A stretch of DNA of 64,000 nucleotides from assembly GCA_051362555.1 (NCBI GenBank), contig CM120649.1, positions 19,048,567 to 19,112,566 of the forward strand, read 5' to 3'. Source of the stretch: Lingula anatina (taxonomy: Eukaryota > Animalia > Brachiopoda). Under the pieces are notes generated by a model. That model was not told the origin of the DNA and made no database searches. It saw only the letters and a list, made by a program, of their open reading frames with translations. Below are positions 55,422 through 64,000 of the stretch, one piece after another; position 1 is the stretch's first letter; the number at the start of each line of letters is the position of its first letter. The position numbers and the translations under genes were made by a program.

Positions 55422-56852
55422 ACATCATATTTCAGAACACTGCCACCAAACCCAGAAGTCGTACCTCGACTCAATCCAACATTACACAACGGTGCGGTAC
55501 CGGCCCATCCTGGATCCCCTGAACAACAGCTCCATCTTTCGCAGTCGTCCATTTACTCGATCTATGACACTATTCCAAGTGACTACGGGTACCTTGAATT
55601 GATTGGGGATGATGATCATAAAGTACTAGTGACCCAGGAAGATAGGTAATCAGTTTATGACAGAAGTATCTAGGTTATGTGGATAACGGCATCATTTTAT
55701 ATTTTATCCAAAACAAAAAGTCTCTATCTCTGTCTGCAATCACTCTCTCACCCTCTTTCACCCTCTTTCTTTATTGAAATTCCGTAGCTTTGCTATATTT
55801 TCATTGACTTTATTTTATTTTATCTATCAATTCATAATGCAGTTTTATTGGTTAAGTTTTCTATTTGGATACCCTTTGAACTTTTCCTTCATGCCAACAC
55901 ATATACATATAGGCCTACTATGAACTGTGCATTGCCGGAAATTTCAAATCGTCCGTTATTTTTATTTTAACGTCCCATTTCTAATTGCCATCCATTTGAG
56001 ATGTTAAGTAGCACTGACAAATATATGTGTACATTACAACATCATATTTCAGAACAGCACCTCCTGACCCACAAAGTTTACCTCACCTCAACTCAGGATA
56101 TTACATCGATGCGGTACCCGCCCCTCCTAGATCACATGAAGGACAGCTCCATCTACCGGACTTTGATTCGACGCATGACACTATCCCAAGTGACTACCTA
56201 ACACTGATAGCAGAATCACCAACGGCCCATGAAGATCGGTATTTAGATTATGACAGAATTTCGCTGCAAAACGTACCTGCATGCCCCCCCCCCACACACA
56301 CACAGTTTTACTACTACTACTACATATATCTTGTTAATTTTTAAACATTTTTGTAATATCTCTCTTTCTCTCTCCTTATTCAAGATCCGTATTTTTGTTA
56401 TAATATTCCGTCACGTTTCTTTATATATCAATCTATCTTTTCATTTATTGTTTAACTTTATTGATTTAGATTGGTATTTAAATATATTTCGATTGCTTCG
56501 GTCATTACATGTAGGTCAACTGTATATTTGCAAACGTTTTTAAATAACTGTCATTCCTTTTGTTGGACAAATTGTAAAGATATGGCACTAAGTACATAAA
56601 CATATATATATTACAACATTAAATTTCAGAACACCACCACCTGACCCACAACCCAACCCAGGATATTACAACGGTGCGGTATCGGCCCCTCCTGGATCAC
56701 CCGAAGGACAGCTCCGTCTATCGGTCATTAACCCATATGACAATAATATTCAAGGCGGCTACCAAAATTTAATAGCAGAAAACGTTAATGAAGTACCAAC
56801 TGAAGACTATGACAGAATTTTGCCAGAGGAGGATTGTGTTACATCCCTTTAG
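45120..56852 (+). CDS. LRP-like single YWTD-propeller/EGF type-I transmembrane receptor, 11 coding exons, ~592 aa (whole-gene span)
   Basis: Exons 45120-45171, 50034-50279, 50440-50605, 51036-51163, 53446-53620, 54087-54196, 54517-54681, 54962-55079, 55436-55645, 56053-56238, 56630-56852. All introns are GT-AG with matching phases (1,1,2,1,2,1,1,2,2,2), giving a 1779-nt open frame. Six YWTD-type blades (LIFAD, VYWTE, LYYTD, MYWTD, LYWCD, IYFTD), a 6-Cys EGF, a TM helix and an RKRR stop-transfer. Confidence 0.85.
45948..46570 (-). repeat. Inverted copy of 49170-49455, interrupted by a MITE
   Basis: GAGTATGCATCATT, CTCACCCTA.AGTGTAACTGAGGGGT and GCTG.CTCGGC match the reverse complement of 49170-49455. 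Confidence 0.8.
46034..46356. mobile_element. Harbinger-type MITE nested in an older repeat
   Basis: TAA|GGGTGCCTTCAGAACAAGCTGATCCG...CGGATCAAATTGTTTTGAATGTACCC|TTA; it splits the repeat copy at 45948-46570. Confidence 0.7.
49150..50033 (+). repeat. Intronic segment duplicated at ~62590-63912
   Basis: Colinear blocks ATATTCCTACTATTTCT, CAAAATCTAATCGATT, TCTTTACTTGATGATTCATATTA and AAAACGCCAAACCTTTATCCACCATGTGCATT occur in both places. Confidence 0.9.
50034..50279 (+). CDS. Receptor exon 2: start of YWTD propeller
   Basis: [18 protein letters not shown]...[33 protein letters not shown]; tag| acceptor, G|gtaagt donor. Confidence 0.88.
50440..50605 (+). CDS. Receptor exon 3 (YWTD)
   Basis: [19 protein letters not shown]...[27 protein letters not shown]; ttccag| acceptor, GG|gtattt donor. 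Confidence 0.9.
51036..51163 (+). CDS. Receptor exon 4 (YWTD)
   Basis: [40 protein letters not shown], a canonical LDLR class B repeat; tacag| acceptor, G|gtgaga donor. Confidence 0.93.
51750..52877. mobile_element. Probable degenerate Harbinger-like element in receptor intron 4
   Basis: Right end AGTGTGACCCAGGCT|TAA resembles Harbinger TIRs; recurring GCGACC/GGTCGC-like motifs. Left end not defined. Confidence 0.3.
53446..53620 (+). CDS. Receptor exon 5 (YWTD)
   Basis: [27 protein letters not shown]...[14 protein letters not shown]; tacag| acceptor, TG|gtacgt donor. Confidence 0.9.
54087..54196 (+). CDS. Receptor exon 6 (end of propeller)
   Basis: [32 protein letters not shown]; ttgcag| acceptor, G|gtaagg donor. 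Confidence 0.82.
54517..54681 (+). CDS. Receptor exon 7: EGF domain plus S/T-rich stalk
   Basis: [33 protein letters not shown] (LRP-type post-propeller EGF), then ATDTPSTT. Confidence 0.9.
54864..54923. repeat. 15-bp minisatellite x4 (GTTTAGTCATTTGTC-like)
   Basis: Direct read. Confidence 0.9.
54962..55079 (+). CDS. Receptor exon 8: transmembrane helix
   Basis: [27 protein letters not shown]; long polypyrimidine tract upstream; an in-frame alternative acceptor gives a start at 54971; AG|gtaaat donor. Not in the ORF track. Confidence 0.85.
55337..55417. repeat. (TA)n microsatellite next to the exon A acceptor
   Basis: Direct read. Another (TA)n at 54270-54302. Confidence 0.95.
55436..55645 (+). 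CDS. Receptor cytoplasmic repeat exon A
   Basis: TLPPNP...[35 protein letters not shown]...ED; 210 nt, phase 2-2. If the donor is not used, TAA follows at 55647-55649. Confidence 0.75.
56053..56238 (+). CDS. Receptor cytoplasmic repeat exon B
   Basis: [34 protein letters not shown]...[15 protein letters not shown]...ED; 186 nt, phase 2-2; weaker donor CG|gtattt at the position homologous to exon A's donor. Confidence 0.65.
56630..56852 (+). CDS. Receptor cytoplasmic repeat exon C (terminal)
   Basis: [73 protein letters not shown]; same tttcag|AACA acceptor as A and B. Not in the ORF track. Confidence 0.72.
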
Positions 56853-56973
56853 CAGGGCCAAGCAGTTTCAGAAGGGGGAGTCTTTTCCCGAGACAAAGTA
56901 GACCCCCACCCGCTGATGTGACGGCAAGAATTACATGTACCTGAACATAAATCAATTCCTGCCCCGAGAACTA

Positions 56974-58577
56974 CAGGGTTACCACTTAATATGGAATATT
57001 ATTTTTTGGCAAGTTTTCTACAAAATATTTATTTTCTCTCTTATTTTAAATACAAAAACTGAGGTGTCACTCCATGTGTAGCCAGGCGTGTTACCTAATT
57101 ATCATACAACTCTCGAAACAATTGATGCATGCAGTTGCATGTTCTGTGGTCAGAAATGTGAGGGGTGCCCATTTCGGCAATATCTGCCCTTGTATAAAAA
57201 CGCATGGGTTTGGTCAATTTAGGAGTGTATTTAGAGAAACAATAAAGGGATCGCTCTGAAACTTGACAGTTACCTTAGAGAAGATACGCAGCTTGCTATG
57301 GGATTCTTGCTCTCAGAGAAAATGGCCATAAAAGGACAGCCGTTGCCAGCCAATTCAACATTTATCAGGAACCGTTAGTTAAGTCCTTCAGAGAAATGCT
57401 ACAACAGGGGCACCTACTCCAATACCTCGACCAGAGTGTCCGCGAATCACATCAAGAAGACAGGATCGCCTTCTTCTTTGAGTGCGCCGTGCTGGTCGTG
57501 CAAAGACAACCAGTGTCCTCAGAAAAGAGTGGCAAAATATCATTCAAACATCCATTTCAAGGTCCCTCGTGAACAAGACCAGTAGGGAAACCACTGTTAA
57601 CAGCAGCTCATATACAGCGTCTTCTTCAATGGGCTGGGGACCACGTGCGTTTGCCGCCAAAACACTGGAGTCACGTCGTTTTCAGTGATGAGGCCTGATA
57701 TGGATTTTTTAGGGTTAACGGTCGAATCCGTGTCCGCCGACGTGTACAAGAGGCATAAAACGATGATTGTGTTCTGCCTAGGGTGCAAGCAGGGGGTGGT
57801 AGCTTCTCTGTTTGGGGAGCATTTCATGCCGATGCCCAGAACCAGTTGGTTTTTCTAGGAGGCAACCTCAACCAGGATTCCTACACAGATATTCTACAGC
57901 AAACAATGCTTCGATTGGTAAGAGTCATCTTCAGGAACAACTTTGTGTACCAAGACGACTGCGCAACCCCACATCGAGGCCGCAGAATCACTGTTTTTGT
58001 TCAAAACCAATGGGTTCAGCAACTGCCCTGGCCTGCAAACTCCCCATATATGAACCAATTGAAAATCTGTGGGCGGAAGTAACTCACAGCATTAATAGCT
58101 GTGGCCATCGGCCGGCAAATAGTGATGAACTGCGACAGGCAAATATCACTGCGTGGAATGATATCCCCATCCAAACTCGAAAAAACTGTCACCGAGTATG
58201 TCATGTAGGATGAGGGCGCTGCAAGCGGCTGCTGGAGGTCATACCTGCTATTGAAGACTTTTCATGATTAACTGTAATGGGTTCTTTGCAATTGACTGTG
58301 TAACATATCACTGTCCGGAAGCTATCATTTTCTTTAATATCTTAGCTTAAAGTTAGTACTGATATCAAACTGGTGGTATGGTTTTCTAGGAATATTCTTT
58401 TCTTTTGAATGAATCTTATGTCAGATATGATATTATTGACCAAAATATCTCACAATAGAAGACTGGATATTTTTATCACTCAATGACATACTTTTTTGAT
58501 GAATCAAGCCAAAAAAATTAATCAGCACTCAAAATTAACAATGATAAAAAAATATTCCATATTAAGTAGTAACCCTG
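56974..58577 (+). mobile_element. Decayed full-length Tc1-like (DD34E-type) DNA transposon, 1.6 kb
   Basis: 27-bp TIRs CAGGGTTACCACTTAATATGGAATATT / AATATTCCATATTAAGTAGTAACCCTG, TA on the left. Frameshifted transposase motifs HVVFSDE, VWGAF, YQDDCATPH and WPANSPYMN(P)IENLW. Confidence 0.92.
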
Positions 58578-58594
58578 TTCAGGTACATTTACTA

Positions 58595-59146
58595 TGTTCA
58601 GGTACATTTAGCGTCACCTCGTGACCTCAGAATGTCAACTAACGACGGTGCGGATGTAAATGATGCGCACGGAAGACGTAGTCGAACGGAGATCGCGGGG
58701 AAAAAAACGCAAGGGAAGCATTGCAGTTGAAGCGTGGTAGTTGATGCGGTGCAGTCGAAGAAGAGAGGAGGAGCTGAAACATGAGTTACACTTGTAGCGT
58801 TTCCGTTATTATTATTTTTGTTTGAAACTTGGTTCAACGATATTATTTTTGTTCTGGACTCGAAATCTGTGAACTCTGTGCGAACGTTAACATGTACTGT
58901 TGGAATTGAGTAACATGAATGAATTTAACTCCAATGACTTACTCCAATGACTTTAACCTTGCTTTTTTCTATTGACATTTTATAATCGATTTCTACGTTT
59001 ATTAAAGCTGTTTGTCTTTACTTGAAATCTACTCTTGTTGTTTGTGCTTGGGATATACTTTCCCTGGGGAAAATCAACATCTCTCCCGTCCCGCGATTTA
59101 AATTAGTGCCCAAGGGAACCTCGAGGGGAGGGCTCGCGTATGAACA
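58595..59146 (+). mobile_element. Possible solo LTR (BEL/Pao-like TGTT...AACA)
   Basis: Starts TGTTCA and ends TGAACA; CpG-rich U3-like part, then ATTAAA (59001) followed by a GT-rich tract. No TSD found. Confidence 0.3.
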
Positions 59147-59239
59147 CGACATTACTGCAATAAAATGTTATTTAAAACACCAATTACAATTTTAAAGCTC
59201 TAATTTAGATTGTTTAAGGAAACTGCGCAATGTATGTTA

Positions 59240-59454
59240 GACCCCATTCCCAGAGATTAGATCGATCTACTTTAGATCGACCTAACTCCCTGGGGGTTCA
59301 CGCTAAATAGCTGTTAGCCGAGCGGGCACGAAAGTTAATTACCCCCTTACAGCTTGTAGTAGGCGGGATGGACATTTAAGCCGGATTATCTGACAGTAAT
59401 CTAGTGAGACTCCCCCCGGGGATAGATTGATCTAAAAGCTCTGGGAATACGCCC
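59240..59454 (-). mobile_element. Harbinger-type MITE, family H2, copy 3
   Basis: TTA|GACCCCATTCCC...GGGAATACGCCC|TTA, TTA TSD. Confidence 0.85.
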
Positions 59455-60272
59455 TTAGACTTTCATGTATTTAAACAATGACGTCACTGTTGAGGATGTT
59501 ACAGACTTAACACCTGCTTACGACTTTTAAAATTTTATTTTCAACCTAACGACTGAAATAACACTTGTCTCCATCACGAGAGTGACTCAAAATTGGGAAA
59601 AATATACATGTAAACTAAAATGGGTTTATAGATCTTGCTTGTCAGATTTCAAGACGGTCTTTGATGCAATGCATTGTCACAACTAACAAAATAAAACGGT
59701 CACGGAACAATTCTTGTTATTATTGCAAATATTGTTGCATTGTTTTATTTTGTTTGTTGTCTTTTTTTATTTGTCAGCTTTGTTCGGCTAAATATCTCCC
59801 TCTGTTGCTGTCCATGGTATCGTACAGGGGTATATCTTGAAAATTACTTAAAACACCCTCTTCGTCCCTTCAGATCACCTTCTATCACCAAAGCAATATC
59901 ATAAATGACTTTTGCACCTCCCAAATAGTAAGAATCGATGTATTACACGTTTATGTAGGTTAAACGCTTCAAAAATCAACAATAAATAGCAAAATTATTT
60001 CCACTTTCAAAATGGCGGATGGCGGCCATCTTGGATTTGAGACGCAAAATGGCCGCCATTTATTTGCATAATGTCAAAAATGGATTCCTTGTCCCTAGTT
60101 TAGTCAGGATTGATAACCTATACATGCTTTTAGGAAAAAAGCTGATGGAAATATGAAAAATTATATTTTGGTACCTAATTTACATATTTTATGCTAATTA
60201 TGCTAAGTTATGCATTGATAGAGCCCGTGTCTACGGACAAAAACATTTCTTTGGTCCAAGGAACATTCATGC

Positions 60273-60549
60273 CAGTGGCGGATTTAGAGAAGGGGTCAGG
60301 GGGGGGGTTCTGACACCCCTTCGATTTCTGAAAAAAAAAATCACACCAAAGGCTCCTCTGCAAATTAGATTTTAGCCTGGCTAATTCCCACTAGCCTATT
60401 AACCGTGCCAAATGGCACCGTTTGCCCTCTAAAATACCAAAAAATTTAGGGGACCTTCAGCGGGCACAGAACGCCGCGCCAAAGGGGGGGGGGAGAGGGC
60501 CGGCTTCGCATCCGCGTGCTCCTTTCAAATAATCCTGGATCCGCCCCTG
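60273..60549 (+). mobile_element. CAG...CTG MITE, family F1 (5-bp TSD CATGC)
   Basis: catgc|CAGTGGCGGATTTAG...CTGGATCCGCCCCTG|catgc. Confidence 0.85.
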
Positions 60550-60836
60550 CATGCCAAGTTAGATATCGCAGTATAAAATGTAGCGTTTGACCCCGTAAAA
60601 TCACAAGACCATGAAACTGTGCCAACTGAATAGAGCAATCCAAATCTCCCTCAGCGTGAATCATACTAAAGAAGTAAAGAAATTAGACCCCTTAAAAAGG
60701 AACATACTACAAAATTTTACGTCACAGTACGCCGGGACCTAACACTGAAGGGTTTAAAACTTACAAAATATTGACAAGACCTGACAGACGGTCATCCTGA
60801 TATATTCTTACACTGTGCCGTATCGACCCTGGTATA

Positions 60837-60894
60837 ATGATTCCCATGAAGAAGTTTGGGGGTTTGTTAGTGCTATATTTATTATCATCTTCAG
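60837..60894 (+). CDS. Signal-peptide exon 1 of a tandem paralogue of the receptor (gene continues beyond the window)
   Basis: MIPMKKFGGLLVLYLLSSS-G|gtaaga, phase 1. The exon and following intron align with 45130-45225 (caggta.gatg...tacaat...aagtgacata). Confidence 0.6.
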
Positions 60895-61299
60895 GTAAGA
60901 TGCCTTTTTGTTAACATATTTTTTACAATGCCAAAGTGACATATACATGCATCTAATATGTAAGTGACATTTTGAGCACAGATTCATGAGACTTGACTTT
61001 CTACAGACTTGACATTTAATATGGAATATTTTTTTACAAATCATTTTTCATCAGTTCTTTCCTATTTTGCTTAATGATAAGTGCAAATAAGGATTAAAAT
61101 CGTGTTTTAATAACTTGAAATTATCTCTTTGATGTCAATGCGACATCAGTTCATTAACTGAATTCGCCAGTGAAGCAATCAAAAATACATTGCCTATTCG
61201 AAGTCATAAGACAACCATTAAAAACGATATTTTGGTTCTCCCTGTTTTCCCATTTATCATCTGTAAAAGAGTTACACGCACCACAAAGGACAGGCATGT

Positions 61300-62092
61300 C
61301 AGTGTCTCGCACAGCAACGGTCGCTGTTACGCCTGACCTCATCTAGCTGCTACCAGGGCTTTCAAGCGGCAAGGCATTCCTTGGGACAGCTTTTTAGAGT
61401 TTAATCTGGAATAACATTTCAGGCGTCGGTCAAAACATGTCCAATATGGTTCAGTTTTGTTGTAGGAAACGTAGGCCGTTGATTTAGCGGGTAATGTCTA
61501 TGTGGTTCAAATGTGGCGACTTTGATTACTAAGGTAGTTGCTCATTCCCTTGGTTCTGTACGTTATCTTCTATTAAAAGTGCTCTATGTGAACCGGAAAT
61601 CTCATCGTACAACCTAAAATTGTTCCTAAGGTGTCCCTTATCAAATAATAGTCAAGTAGTTTCCAGGTTTTTCCTTTATTTGATCTGGTTCAGGTTTTCA
61701 TCGATGATTGTCATTGGGGTTTTGGCACCAATGTGGTATCCACTAACTCCAAATACTGACGCTGTTGATAACCTTAATCACTTTAGACGAGGCACTCGCT
61801 TCGTCGTAGGCCTTTTCAGAATATCTGTAAACTCTCTTTTGACTAGTTGAGCGGTACAGGTGAAATCTGACCTCAATAAAGAAAGTCACGCGGTTTTTGT
61901 GTTCTACCAAGAAATGGTTATCTCCAATTCATTAAAGAAACAAGCAACGCTGTTTTGCTGTTTACAGTGGCTTCCTCAGAGGTTGCCTGATATTCTAACC
62001 TGCTTCCCGAATGTAGTACGAATTTTGAAAATTCTTCATTTCGGCTGGTTCTGCTTGATTCCTGCTGATTCCAAATCAGTGTGACGGGGCCT
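61300..62092. mobile_element. Probable degenerate Harbinger-like element
   Basis: Right end CAGTGTGACGGGGCCT|TTA. Left end not defined. Confidence 0.3.
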
Positions 62093-62740
62093 TTACTTGG
62101 TAGCGACACACCCGACTACACACTTCTCCATTTAGATATCTTATATAATATTTGAGTTTTTTGAAAAAGAGAAATTTTTCGTAGATATACCTTTGAAACT
62201 GAAATAAGCCATATTAAATGTTAAGTCTGTATAATTATAGTACGGTTTCTACACTGAAAACTGAATACGGCTGATCATCAACAGAGGGGTTTCGAAAAGT
62301 AAAGTTATATATCCAGATTTCCCCAAAGGGATCCTTTACGTAGAGGGTCTGTTTCCTTCCCTACCGTGCGATCTTAACAAGCAAACGAGACGAGTGAAAT
62401 GTTGCGTTTTGCTGATATGATAGTGGTTAGGGTAATACTTCTTTTTTCCAATTCTCAGGTGAAAAATGTGAAATCTACCTTTTTGTGTATATCCTTGGAA
62501 ATTTTAAAATTCATGTCTTGTAAGTATGGTGAAATTGTCGTATTTAGTAAGGCGCCAGTTGTAATTTTAGGCACCCAATACATGATTCCTATATTTTCAT
62601 ATTCCTACTATTTCTCACATCTAACCCATCAGCTACGCCTTAGGGCCAACTACAAAATTACAGCCGAAGTCTTCGCTTTGACAAAGGAAGTGTCTGAATT
62701 ACTTTCCTGCCCGTGCTCTTTATTGTAATAGACTATACCC

Positions 62741-63115
62741 AAGCCTGAGGCTGTCTTCCTCTGTGTTAAAAAATGTGGTGTCATGTTAGTAATTGACATC
62801 CACAAGTGAATAAGGTGCAGGTACTGAGTTGATTGATGTGCTCTTTTGACAGTTATACAACTGCGAATAATGTAAATGGAGAGAAGGCCGCTAAAGTTTG
62901 CATGACATAGATACCAAAGCCGGAGGTTGTCTTCCACTGTGTTAAAGAATATATGGTGTCATGTTAGTAATTGACATCCACAAGTGAATAAGGAGCAGGG
63001 ACTGTTTCGTAGAGGTAGGCCTACTGAGTTGGTTGATGTGTTCTTTTGACATTTATTCAACTGCGAATAATGTATACGGAGAGAAGGCCGCTAGAGATTG
63101 CATGAGACAGAGATA
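62741..63115. repeat. ~180-bp tandem duplication
   Basis: Copies at 62741-62916 and 62917-63115; TGGTGTCATGTTAGTAATTGACATCCACAAGTGAATAAGG is present in both. Confidence 0.9.
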
Positions 63116-63912
63116 GAAATGGGGAGAAGGCGGTGCGGGATATGGCTGGAAAGAAGTTAATGAATAACACGAAAGAACATAAATGAGTTGTATTTACTAT
63201 CTCGGCAGAAGTTAAGGACTACAACTTCGCCACAGATGCATTTTTACCGCTGGCGTCGATATTTTTTCACTTATATCACTGTAAAACTACCAAAATGTTC
63301 AAAGACTGCAGAATTTGCCGAAACAGCTCAATCTCAATATTAATTAATTGATTGAATAATGCACCAACGTCAAAATCTAATCGATTCTAATTAAGCCCAT
63401 TACTGAGGAATCCTGAAATTTTATGTACATCCACCCATTTTTTTTAGTTAGCCTGCTTATCACAAACAAAACAACGATGTTCAAATCATAACCTCCTTGG
63501 CAAGTGTAAAAGTGACACACCCTTTTCATACTTTGCCCTATATCTGTTTTAACTACAGCTGTATTAACGGTAAAATCTTATCATAAAAATCAAGGAAATC
63601 AAAAAATCAATTTTGTATAGATTTCCGGAGTATCTTTACTTGATGATTCATATTATAAGACAACTTTTCCATGAAAGTTAAGAGAGAACTTTTCCATATT
63701 TTGTTAATAATCGAGAATAAAATTAAAGAGAGCAACAGAATGTCTCACAGCAAACCTAAGAAAGACAAATTTTCTCTGAAAAGATTAAAACGCCAAACCT
63801 TTATCCACCATGTGCATTAAACGCCATTTAAATGTGCAATAACCGTGTATCCCACAGCTTCACTTGAAATACATAATTTTATATTATAATGTTGCTTTAC
63901 TTTTATGTACAG

Positions 63913-63940
63913 ACTCAGATGCACTTTCATTAATAACACG
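63913..63940 (+). CDS. 28-nt micro-exon 2 of the paralogue
   Basis: tacag|ACTCAGATGCACTTTCATTAATAACACG|gtaagt. With exon 1 it reads ...SSS-DSDA-LSLITR. The acceptor is at the position homologous to 50033. Confidence 0.5.
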
Positions 63941-64000
63941 GTAAGTGGAAAACCGTTTTACCTTTTGACTTTAAACTTACAGGATGTGTGAATATTTATA

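Noticed and set aside
45120-56852. Assigning LRP4, LRP5/6 or cueball as the gene symbol
   Set aside because: The architecture (one propeller, one EGF, no LDLa, repeated tyrosine-motif tail) matches none of them; orthology needs a phylogeny.
61154-61342. Possible LINE reverse-transcriptase fragment (NRENQNIVFNG)
   Set aside because: No GVPQGS or YADD motif follows; the similarity is too weak.
62399-62519. Alternative first exons for the second gene (MLRFADMIVV... or ATGTCTT|gtaagt)
   Set aside because: The first gives a stop when joined to the micro-exon. The region is homologous to intron 1 of gene 1, and exon 60837-60894 is the true homologue of exon 1.

Overview
AT-rich animal genomic DNA, probably from an invertebrate deuterostome (echinoderm/ambulacrarian-like; this is inferred from the SoxB2 sequence and repeat style). 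The first ~44 kb is a gene desert around one intronless SoxB2 (Sox14/21-type) gene on the minus strand (15601-16392), with several Sox-site-dense candidate enhancers. From 45120 to 56852 (+) I assembled by hand an 11-exon, phase-consistent gene for a ~592-aa type-I membrane receptor: signal peptide, one six-bladed YWTD propeller, one EGF domain, an S/T-rich stalk, a TM helix, and a cytoplasmic tail built from a triplicated ~600-bp intron+exon unit carrying ITIM/ITAM-like, NPxY and PDZ-binding motifs. A tandem paralogue appears to start at 60837 and runs off the window. Repeats include a decayed full-length Tc1 element, a psq-HTH pogo-like fragment, Harbinger-type MITEs with TWA TSDs, CAG...CTG MITEs with 5-bp TSDs, a 310-bp foldback, local duplications and many microsatellites. 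All splice models are predictions from sequence alone.
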